In this document: in pieces, positions 52,901 to 64,000 of the stretch
How positions within the stretch are numbered: the first letter of the stretch is position 1
Layout of the letters: each line of letters begins with the position of its first letter
Assembly (NCBI GenBank): GCA_012295275.1
Contig: CM022677.1
Span: 12,214,001-12,278,000, forward strand
Direction of reading: 5' to 3'
DNA: 64,000 bases
DNA from: Chrysomallon squamiferum
Taxonomy: Eukaryota > Animalia > Mollusca
Program-made: the position numbers and the translations under genes
The notes under the pieces: model-generated
Told to the model about the DNA's origin: nothing
The model's database searches: none
The model's input: the letters and a program-made list of their open reading frames with translations, nothing else

Positions 52901-54748
52901 CTCTACAAATGATTTTGTCAGTTTCCCATTTATAACCATCCATACAGGTACATGTGTAGCCTCCATCTTAGTAGTTACAGTTCTGAGTAGAAATATTTTT
53001 GAATTACATTCATTTATATCTGAAAGAGAGAAACAGATAAATTATATCTCAATCATTAACAACCATTAAACTTTTGACAGGTTTCTGAAATTACTCAAAT
53101 ATCATTTACCAACAGATTATTTGTAAGAAATGGATTAACCTAAACTTAAAATTCATAGATTCTGAGAGGTTTTGAGCATTTCTAAAATTAATCATGTTTA
53201 AGTTCCACATATATAACTATTATTATTAAAAATAAAAATTATTCATAAATTCTGACAAGTTTCTGAATAGCATTAACTGCTTTGAATTTTTTCTTAATTC
53301 CAGAAATGAGAACTTTAATTTAACTATTTGAATAGCTACTAATACAAGGTTCAAACTGATTTCCTGAATATATAATGAGAATTACATTATTAATAATAAT
53401 AAAATAAATAATAATAAAAAGAAAAGATAAAGGTAGAAATGCTGGCCATTCAGATTCAAAGAGATAACACTTAAAGTTAAACTAGAAATATGAATAAACC
53501 AAGAATGCTTGAAGTGAACAATTTTAACCTGAGAACCAGATAGAACTGACTCACCTGAGCCTGTCTTGTTGTCTGAATTCAAGGTAAACATTTCTACTCA
53601 AACAATGCACCCTGCAGCCCTGTTCACACGAACTGTTTACTGCAGCACTGTCACAACTGAACACAAAATATTTTTATTAATTTATTATATTTTGTCACAA
53701 CTAAAATAATTTACAATTTTATTACATTCTGACACAAATGAAAATAAAATAGTTTATAATTTTATAATTTTTTGTTGTTTTTAATAATTTCTTAGTCACT
53801 GAAAGTTCATTTTCTGATTTTCAATGTTAAATAAACATTCTCTTAAGTTTTAATAAAAAATTATTAACATGTATAAAATGATATTTTTTATTATTTTATT
53901 TATTTATTTATTACATTTTAATGCAGATAAAGTTAATGTTGTGACTGAGGTATTAATTAACTCATTCCTATGTAATTCTTCGGTCTAAAACATCCATTCT
54001 GATTTCTTTGGTAATTAAAATCACAAAATTCATCAATCATTTGTATCATTTAACTGTTTATTAAATAATAAGGAATTACTTGTAACATATAACTCTTTAT
54101 TAAATAAAAAGTTATAATTTCAACTTGTTACCAAATTCTTAATAATTGAGAAATTAACTATTTATTAAGTATACCCTACTCACCTACACATTCATTTGAC
54201 AAGTTGTGATATCCTGTCTTACACTCAAATGATAGCAGACTGGCAGGTTTTTGCAGTTGCTGTTTGCTTGACATGAACTGTTGAAACACTACATTCATCT
54301 CTGTTGTTTTCACATCACTTACCACCCAGCCAGCTTTACACTGACAATGGTCTGAGAGGAAAAATAAAATTTAAATTTAAAGTAAATCAATTAAATTAAA
54401 ATCAAACATTATTGTTAGTATTTTTTTATAAAACAAAATTTATAAAATTATATTAAAAGTATAATCTAAATATGATCAGAAATTTCTAATTTTACAGAAT
54501 AAATTGCCTCAAATTTCCAAATATAATTATGTTTTCAAAATATTAAAAAATTTATTTTTATAATATTGTATTTTGTAATGAGAAATTCTGCTTACTAACA
54601 CATGTTGTCGGGTCATTTTCAAGTTTCTTCCGAGCCGGACAGGAACAAGTGAATCCACTGATTCTGTTAGTACAAATATCAGTATACTTAGTAATCCTGG
54701 CATCAACTGATGTACACTCATTTAGATCTAAATAATAAAAAAAAAAAA

Positions 54749-54789
<41 letters not shown>

Positions 54790-54992
54790 GGTAAAAAGCA
54801 TATTTCAATATTTGTGAAACCAAGGACTTTTCCATCTGAGACAAGACTTGCACTTTTTGCTACAGTTCAAAGAAACACAAATGCTAACCTTTCTTATACT
54901 TTTTTTTAAGTAGTAACCATAGTGACATAAACTGCCTTCAGCTTTATGACAAATCTGTTCCCAAGTCAAACCCTGACTTCTACATTCTCAGT
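52901..54992 (-). pseudogene. Multi-exon calcium-binding EGF repeat (fibrillin/mucin-like) pseudogene
   Basis: Exons at ~54992-54885 (ECRSQGLTWEQICH...), 54727-54596 (DLNECTSVD...ICTNRISGFTCSCPARKKLENDPTTCV), 54351-54184 (HCQCKAGW..CENNRDEC..), 53656-53555 (CD...SCEQGC...TLNSDNKT) and 53019-52901 (DINEC...*DGGYTCTCMDGYKWETDKIICR). They carry stops, frameshifts and lost cysteines. Possible further exons lie at 55345-55515 and ~52315. Confidence 0.85.
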
Positions 54993-56131
54993 CTGAAACA
55001 AAAGTAATTTATTATTTTAAAAACCTTTTGGGGTGTCTTTTTTCTTTATTTTTATTTTTAATCTGTTTTTTGTTTACCTCAATTTAATATTAATATAAAA
55101 TGCATTTAAATCAGCATCAGTTCAAAAATTATAAGGACTTTTTTTTATCATTTTAAATATTAACTAAACAAACACAAATTACAGAAGTAATTAATGATAG
55201 ATATAAATCACTGTCTTTTCACTGTTAACTCATTATTCACTTAAACATACCTAATTAGTAGTTAGAAAATTAGAATAATATTAATATTAAAACATTCTCA
55301 GGAGGCATTAAGTAATTTATAAAATCTGGTAGTAAACTGAATTACTTGTCCATTATACCCAGTATCCCCAGATGTTGAGCACATCTGATTGTACACATTT
55401 CTCCTAACTGCGAGGACTGCAGAAGTGATTGTTCTTCACTGAACTCTTCACTACACACAAGGTCAAATGGTCATCCTTGGCTTTTTTTTCTGGTCAGCAG
55501 AAGGCTAGTTTATCCTGTAAAGTGATACATTTCATTTCTCATTGATAACCCTAATAAATAAATTGTAGTTAAAAAAAAAAAAAAAAAATGATCGCAATTA
55601 TTTATTTATTAATATTAATAATATTTATAATTATTATGGTTATTTTTCTTAATTTCTACAAATTTAACCAGAATTAATTTCTACAAATTTTGTAATAATT
55701 TTTGTAAGAATAAACAAATTAATTACTTCTTAGTTAAATACTAAATACAATTACGTTCAGGTCAGACCAGTCTCGATAAACCACGATGTTTCGAACATAC
55801 ACAGATTCGAATGTATGCTACGCTTTTCAAACCAGTGTGAACTGATGTTTGACAGCCAGATTATTTTTATTTTTAATTCGGTAGCTTTTTACTAGTTGGT
55901 TATTCAATTTAATTGAATTTTGGAAATATTTCACGAGAATTCAAATGGATTCGGATGTTTTATGTTTGTGTGAATCCAAGCATGAATCGGATGCGAGATA
56001 TGCTCACATTTTCAGTATTGGAAAGAGGTAAACATGATGTAATGTGCATCACTCAGATTCACTGTATGGTGAAAGAAACAGAAAGAGAGGTATTCACCGT
56101 ATAAACCATACTCGTATTGTCAGAGAAAGAG

Positions 56132-56174
<43 letters not shown>

Positions 56175-56364
56175 CTTGGCAATTTTATATAAAAATTACT
56201 AAATACGTTTTTTATAACATTCACAAACGATAATAAGCACAGAAAAATGTATTTATCAGACAAATGTAGATTCATAACAACAAATATCATATTCTTACAA
56301 AACAAATTATAAACATTATTATATTTACTACTGGTATTGCTATTTTTCGTACATTATTATTCAG

Positions 56365-59140
56365 GTCTGTCAAGAAAGTGAATTTACATCATGGAGAAGG
56401 AGGAATCACCTGTTACAGAAACCATTCTTATGCAGACTGCACCATTCTGAGATGTGAGTTTTTTATTTTATTTTTGTGTCTTAGAGAGCAAAAATAAGTT
56501 TTGTAGAAACTGTTTATAATTTATTGATTAAAAAGTATTGTAATAATAATCACTTATTTGCTGTTGTTTTGTTAATTAATTTATTATTATCATTATAATG
56601 ATTAGGCATTGCTCAGAAAAATTAATTATTAATAACAATGTACATTGAAAATATCCTGCAACCCATCTTGTGTGAACAGTCCAGTAACTGATACCAGTAC
56701 AATTTAAATCTTAATAATAAAGAAGTATTAGCTATTTGTTATAACTGTTTATTTATTTATTTATTATTATTAATTTGTTTTACTATACACATATAGCTCT
56801 AACTGATGATCTAATGTTGGCATATGCCAGTGAAGTTGTTTCAGTAGAATTTGGTTTCCCGGCCATCAGGTATTCAGTTGTTTCATTTCTTTATTTATAT
56901 TTATATTTATAATTTATACTCATACATAAACTTATATTTATTGACTTTTTTCATAAATGTTAAGGATTTATGGTTGATATTAACTTTTTTATTTATTTAG
57001 ATTTTGTATTTTTATCATTTAATACAGATTTGTACCGGTGAGGAAGAAGAACTTCAAGAATGGATGGAAGTGAAGCTGGTGAATGTTCAGGTTAGAAAAC
57101 TCTTATTTCTTGAGATTTACCTCTGTTATTAAAAGCAACATTTATTACTACATCATCAATACTTTTATTATTGATGTTTTTGTTATTGTCAGTATGAGTA
57201 GCTTTGAATATCAGGTCACATGTTGTTTTTTTTTACTTTTTTAAATCCATTTTAGCCATTAGTAATTGCTTCACAGTATTGTAAAACTGAATTTTTAAAT
57301 TTTTTAAATTGAACATATTCTTATCCTTTCACATTAAAAAGATTGTAAAATATATTTAAATTCTTTCAGTCAGGATATTATAGTAACATTTCTAAACCTA
57401 AAAAACCCCACTTTATTCATTTTTTTGATCCTAAATGAATCACAATGTTTATTTTGTCAGTATTGTTTTATTTCTTTTTTTGAACAGGACCAAAGCTGTA
57501 CATGAAGCCAAGTTCTAAATCTAATCATCACATCATCCTCAACACCTCACAGCCATCGTCAACACATACCTGAAAAACAATGTTTTAGAGGTAAAAGTTA
57601 ACACATACTTTTACCTCATACAGTTCATTTAATTTTCTTGCAGAATTATTCTTTCATTATATTTGATTGTCTTTAAGAAAACAAACAATAATAAGAAAGA
57701 TTTTATAAGTGAATTAATTTTTGTTCTGATTTATCCCACACTTGTTAATGTACAGTATTTTACTATTGTTTGTTATTATTGTGTCTTTTATTCCAATGAC
57801 AACATACATTTCTAAGTCTGATCACCCTTCTGAGGTCATTGTTATTAATTGTTGGAAAATACCTCAGAATGGAATACATATACTGGATAGGTGTGAGTGT
57901 CTATAATGTTATCAGTAATGACTTTAATTTTATGCCATTTGTTATTATTGCAAAGCAAAATACCAAATATGTATATTTATTTTTTATTTATTTTTTTGTT
58001 TATCAGTGTATTTGTTTATATTTTTATTTACTAATTTATTTATTTATTTATTTATTTACCAGTTTATTTATTCGTTTGTTTGTTTGTTTATTTGCTTGTT
58101 TGTTTGTGTATCTAGGAACTGGCTAAGTCTGATGCTAAACACTTTGTAATTCTGTTTTGAGACGGAGGATGTCAGTACAGGGATCTATGTTCTTTCACAC
58201 CCAAAACAGACAAAGTTATCATAAAGCAATTACCAATACAATGATCAATAGGTTTTATAAGTAAGTATACATTTAATATTTTGTATCTGTCATAGTAAAT
58301 ATTACTATATAAATACATAGTTTTATTAAGTAAGCAAAATTTAATATATTTTTATGTCTATCATCATGCACATTGCTATATAAATAAATCTTTTAGATAA
58401 GAAAGTTTATTTTTATATTTATAAATTTGTACATTTCTCAACATGCAGCTCATTAATATAATGTAAAATATATGTGTCTGCAAATAATGTATTTACTAAT
58501 TAGTTATTTTGAAAATAATTTTTAACTTTTATACTGACCAAGTGAAAGGTAGATGCTTTTGAACAAGATTTAAATTTTTGTGTATGTCAATAACAAAATT
58601 ATAGAGCCTGTAACAAGAAGTTAATCACTTTACTGTAGTTGTGTGATTCAATAGTGATGATAAAGAATGTATCAATATATAATTTCTGATTAATAAAAAC
58701 CAAATACTTTATTTAGATTCAATTTCTTTTCTTTTCTTTTCTTTTTTTTTTTCTTTTTTTATAGTTTATTAATTATCTCACAGAAACAACCACTCAAGAA
58801 TAAAATATTTCACTGAAAATAAAAAAGTTCTAAGAAATGTCCTGATTAGGAATGAGTCAATACTAATGAATTATTGTTTTAATTATCATGTAATAAATTA
58901 GTTAATATTATTTTGTTTTTCTCACAGATATAATTCTGGGGCTAAAAGTTTCACTGAAGTGACATCAGCCAAACATTTATCTGTGTCCATTGATGCTGTT
59001 GTTATTCACAATTCTCCCTGGAAGACTGGGAAACCACCAGCAACTCAAAGAAAGATGTAGATCTCACAACACACATCACCATTATCCAGACATCATCAGC
59101 AGCTGCAGCAGCAGTTGGCTCTTTACATTGTTGTCATGGT
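56365..59140 (+). pseudogene. Multi-exon decayed gene B, partly paralogous to gene A, with a broken CCCH zinc finger
   Basis: Exon-like segments at 56365-56453, ~56797-56869, 57028-57090, 57488-57590, 58116-58260 and 58928-. The stretch 56400-56880 aligns by eye with 14820-15250. Across two frameshifts, 58137-58205 reads KTLCNSVL/GGCQYRDLCSF/HP. Confidence 0.55.
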
Positions 59141-60142
59141 TACAATTTGTGATGACAAATGTTTTTATTTTTCTGTTTTGTTTTTATTTATTTATTTATT
59201 CTTTTTTTTATATTTTTTTGGACAATATTCTATTTTTTCTTTTCTTTCTTTAATATCTTTACCATGAAAACGCCAATTTTTCAAAAACTTTTCTTTCACT
59301 TCTTGCAGTAGTTTGTCAGATGCAGAAACTATATATTACAATTGTTTGTATAGTCTTTCAAAATATCTAGATATCTGAAGAAATATTTCATAGTTAAACA
59401 AAGTTTGTTTCTTTTGTTTCTTTCTTTCTTTTTTTTTTAATCTTATAACCATGAATAAAATAAACAAAAAGCTACATTGGAAATTTAACCCCTAATTTAG
59501 AGAACATTGATTCACTTTTTGTTTTTATAAAAACAAAAAATACATCCATTAATTTCAAGAGCTTTTTCTTAGCTAAACCAGTCAGGTAATTTTCTTTTAT
59601 TTTCTTTATTTTTTATTATTTTTTTTATTTTTTATTTTTTATTTTTTTTTGAATAGATTAAAAATATTGCTCACGTTTTTTTATTTTTAGTAAATTATAA
59701 CTGAATATTTAAACTCAATGCCTTATGACAAATAATACTTTTAGTATTTGTTGTATGAGACTTTTTTCCATGTTCTTTGAGTGAAGTAAATGTGACCTGT
59801 TTCTATAAAAGGTACACAAAGTTGCTAAGTCACTGTCATGTTTTTATAAAGTGTTTCCAGCTTTACTGATCATTTTTATACCATCTTAATACTTGCAGTA
59901 GATTAAACAAAAGTGGTTCAGAGAATGATTTACTTGTTTGATTAATGCAGTAACATTTGCTACTTTTGCTATTGTGCCTTTTGTTATTTTATTATTATTA
60001 TTATTATTATTATTTTAACATCGAAACTGACATAAGCAAAAATTATCAAATTGTTAATACTTGCCACAGTGAAAAAGAAAGGATCTACATTAATTAGTAG
60101 CAAATATTATAATTATTATTATTATTGTTTTATTATTATTAT

Positions 60143-60183
<41 letters not shown>

Positions 60184-61720
60184 TTTAGATAACAAAATCC
60201 ATTAGTCATATATAATATTAATAATAATATTAAACTGATATATAATAATATTCAAAAATTTAAAATTTAAATAAAAAAATTTATTTAATCATGTTTTTTT
60301 TTTATTGTGGACCATATTGCTACTGTGTTACATTTCCTGAATATCTGTAAATTTGGCTTTGATGATATACATTAAAAAATTCATATCACTTCGTTTTGTC
60401 ATTTTTTCATGTTCATGTATTTTTCACAATACTATTTTTCAATTCAGGTTTAACGGCATTTTTAAACCAACTTTAAATTGAAGTGTGATGATTTTAAATA
60501 TGAAACGTTATTTAAATATGCTAATGAAACATGCTAATTTAAAAATATTTGTATTCATTTAATTTCTTATGTAATCTAGAAATGAGCTTAAAATAATTAA
60601 TCATTTTCTGAATATTGAGATTTTTAATTCATAGGGTGTAAAATAAAATTTAGAATGAACTCGTGATATTTCAAATCACTGTTTGTCAGATATAGCTGCA
60701 AGTTTTTTTAGATGGGAAATATTTGTATCATGATTAATCTGCCTGCATTACAGTTTCTGCATTCAAAACTGATTTAATCCTGTAATAATGTGCTACTGTC
60801 TATTGCTTCTTAATCATAAATGACTTACTTATTTATAAAAAGAGTTGTGTTTTATACCTGTGGAATTTTCCAGTTGTGTTTCATGATGAATTCAAGTTCT
60901 ATAGTTTTAAATGTGAAAGAAACGAGTATTTCAAAGTAAAATTCATGAAAACTTCCTTCAGTAAAAACCATGTTCTGTTTTTGTTACCAGAAACTGGTGG
61001 CAGGAATATTTTCTTCGTTATCATTTTTACTATTGTATCTTTTTATTATTATTATTATTATTATTAATTAATTAACCAGTTCTAAGTTTTAAAACTGTGA
61101 TGAGCAATCATGTCTCTACAATACACATGATCAGCAGTTCACAACAATTTCATTAATAAAGAAACCTAAACTAACTTTTTACATTTTTACACACACCAAG
61201 AAAATCTCATCCCTAATAAAAGATAAATATGATATTAATATATTAATAAAATTTGTTTCTGTAAATTTCTTACAGAAATCCTTGAAGAGGGTTTGCAGAA
61301 ATGTATGGCTATAGAACTAACGTTTGGTTTCACTGTTTTACTATTTGCATACATAATGGAGGCATAATGATTATTCATAACTACAGATTCTTTTAAAGAA
61401 ATTTTTAAAAGTGTATTTCAATTAGCAAGTTTGAAACTAAACCATATAGAAATCTCTAAGACATATCATTTTGAATAATTTTAGATTGATGATAATATTA
61501 AGGACATTAATCCAGAAAACAATGTTATATAGGTAGAGACATATTAGATTAAATCTAAATCAAAATAATATCGAGAACATTTTACTACTTACAGTTTTCA
61601 TCTAAGTTAATGTAGTTTCATTTAGCTAAATGTAATGCTTTGTATACATATATCAATAAGATAATATCTATTTTTTTTAAATAAATTATCTCATCATTAT
61701 TATTATTTTTATTATCATTA

Positions 61721-61766
<46 letters not shown>

Positions 61767-62329
61767 CATTATTATTTTAATAATACTAAACTGATAATAT
61801 TTTTAATCTACTACATACAGAGCATGGTTTTATTTAGATCTGTGTATTTGCCTACATTTAATAAACTGAGTTACACTAAATGTTTGTCATCTAGGCAAGA
61901 TAACTGTATGGTGAAATCCTGTGTGTCTAAATAACAGTGTAAATTTTGGTCACATAATTTTACACTGTGGATCTCATAAAAGCTTGCAGATTAATGACTG
62001 GGTTTGTTTGTTCTTGTGTATTTGTATATTATGTATTACAAGTCACAGACTTCAAAAATACATATTAACATTGATTTATTTTTGTAATGTTTTTTCTTTC
62101 ATTATACATTTTATTATATTAATTTTATTTATTTCTGCTTTTTGAATTGTGAGAAAGCACACACACACGCACAACACACACAAGGACACAGTGCCTTCCA
62201 TATTTATTTTATTTATTGTGTGTTTTGTGCGTTAAAAGTGATACCTACCAGAGAAATTTAAATCTGTAAAATACTTTAAATTTGAACACAAAGCTCTGTA
62301 AAACTTTCTTTTATTATTATTATTATTAC

Positions 62330-62378
<49 letters not shown>

Positions 62379-64000
62379 TTAAATTCTTTGCAAAGTTGTA
62401 AAATAATATTGCTATCTTCATCATTATATTAATTTAATTTCTTGTTTTAATAAAAATATTAATTAACAATAATTAATAATATGTCAGATATAATAAGAAA
62501 AAAAAATCAAAGTTATGAGTGAAATAAAAATAGATTATAAAATAAACAATATATAATTGATAAAACAATAATAGTTAAATCTAATATTACACTGGTTTGT
62601 TTTATGCTATATATAGACTACACAGATTAAATATTTGTTTAATTAAATTTTCATTTCCTTTCTGTTTTTGTTTTTTATGTTGTTGTTTTTTGCTGCTGGC
62701 TAAAATTTAATTTTAGTGATGTTAATATTATAGAATGAAACTGGATTCACAATATTTTGAATTTTATTTTTTTATTTTATTTTTATATATATATGTATTT
62801 CGTTTTATTTATTTTATCATTATTTTTATTTTTTTCCCTTACATATCCAAAAGTGATATACATCATCATCATCATATCCTGATTTCCCCACCACTATTTT
62901 TTCTCACCATATTTTCATTCATAAAGTATTTTCACTGCATTTAATTGATTAAAAATGAACTTTTTTCTCTCCATTTTCATATGAATTTACTCTGATTTGA
63001 GTTATTGTTTGCATTGCATTTAGATATATAATATATAAATGTCTATATATCTATATCTATATATATATATATTCATTTTACTTAATTTCATTTAATTTTC
63101 ATTATTATTTATAACCAATAGTTTTGAAGTTTATGTTACATATTTTTATAATAAATTTAAGAAAAAAAAAAAATAATAATAAAAATAATAATTACTTGTG
63201 TCAAATATAATTCATATAGTGTTATCTATAAGCCTGTAACATTAAGCATAATTCTGTTTCTTCTCTTTTTGTAATTTTTTTTTCACGATTTCTTGTATTT
63301 GCTTTTTACACTTGAATATTGGTTTTGATACTGATAGCCTTACCTTGTTCCTGTGAACAGGCAGTATATGTATATAAAAATCTCAAAGCGAGTTTCAGAT
63401 TTGTTGTGTTTTTATTTTTGTTACCTCACTATTAACTAAACTGTGAAGCTTGAAAAAGTTCTTCATAACAAGCTAACACTCAAATAACACTCAAGCCAAA
63501 TCTCAAACCAAAAGCTGAAGCAAACAAGCCTCAAGTTGTGGGTCTGTGGCTGGCACACTTTAAATGAAACATCAAAAGTTAGCTAGAAGATAAAGCATGC
63601 AATGCGGCATATACATTTTGTGTCATACTTGTGCGTGTTTTATGTATTATCTCTGTTATGTTTATTTATCTTTATTTTATGTGTAAAACTATTTTTATCT
63701 ATTTAAGTAAACATTGTGTGTGTTTTATATGTTCATGTTTATATATGTTTGTATCTACATAAGTAAACTTTGCATGTTTTATATGTTTTCTTCTGTATGC
63801 GTATCACCGTGTGTGTGTATGTAGAAGTATATGTTTTGTGTCTAAGTATCTATTACTTACACAGCTCTGTGTACCTATCTAGGAATATATTGTTGTTTTT
63901 TTTTCCTCTTTTTTTTCTGGTGTTTTTTCTATATGATATCTGTATGGTATATCAACAATGTCATTAGTAACACTAATAATAGTAGTAACAGAAGTAGTAG

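Noticed and set aside
59300-64000. Short hydrophobic ORFs in the last 5 kb
   Set aside because: AT-rich low-complexity DNA with no domain motifs or coherent exon chain.

Overview
AT-rich, intron-containing animal genomic DNA, probably an invertebrate. It is microsatellite-rich and has degenerate TTAGGG-type motifs; nothing prokaryotic and no CRISPR was seen. The dominant structure is a ~10.5 kb inverted repeat (arms ~15867-26498 and 34520-45048). It encloses an ~8 kb spacer carrying the only clearly intact coding unit: a single-coding-exon TOPORS/ICP0-type RING-HC gene with basic 38-aa repeats and a hydrophobic C-terminal tail. The right arm starts exactly at a 200-N scaffold gap, so an assembly or haplotig artefact must be excluded. 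The rest of the window is mostly decayed genes: a two-Ig-domain membrane protein with a frameshift in its TM exon, an intronless prolyl 4-hydroxylase alpha pseudogene, a multi-exon pseudogene family (one copy in the left arm, an inverted partial copy in the right arm, a paralog with a broken CCCH finger at 56-59 kb), a calcium-binding-EGF pseudogene and a possible TMBIM/Lifeguard fragment. There are also many minisatellites and nested hairpins. All protein assignments come from motif recognition by eye, not database searches.
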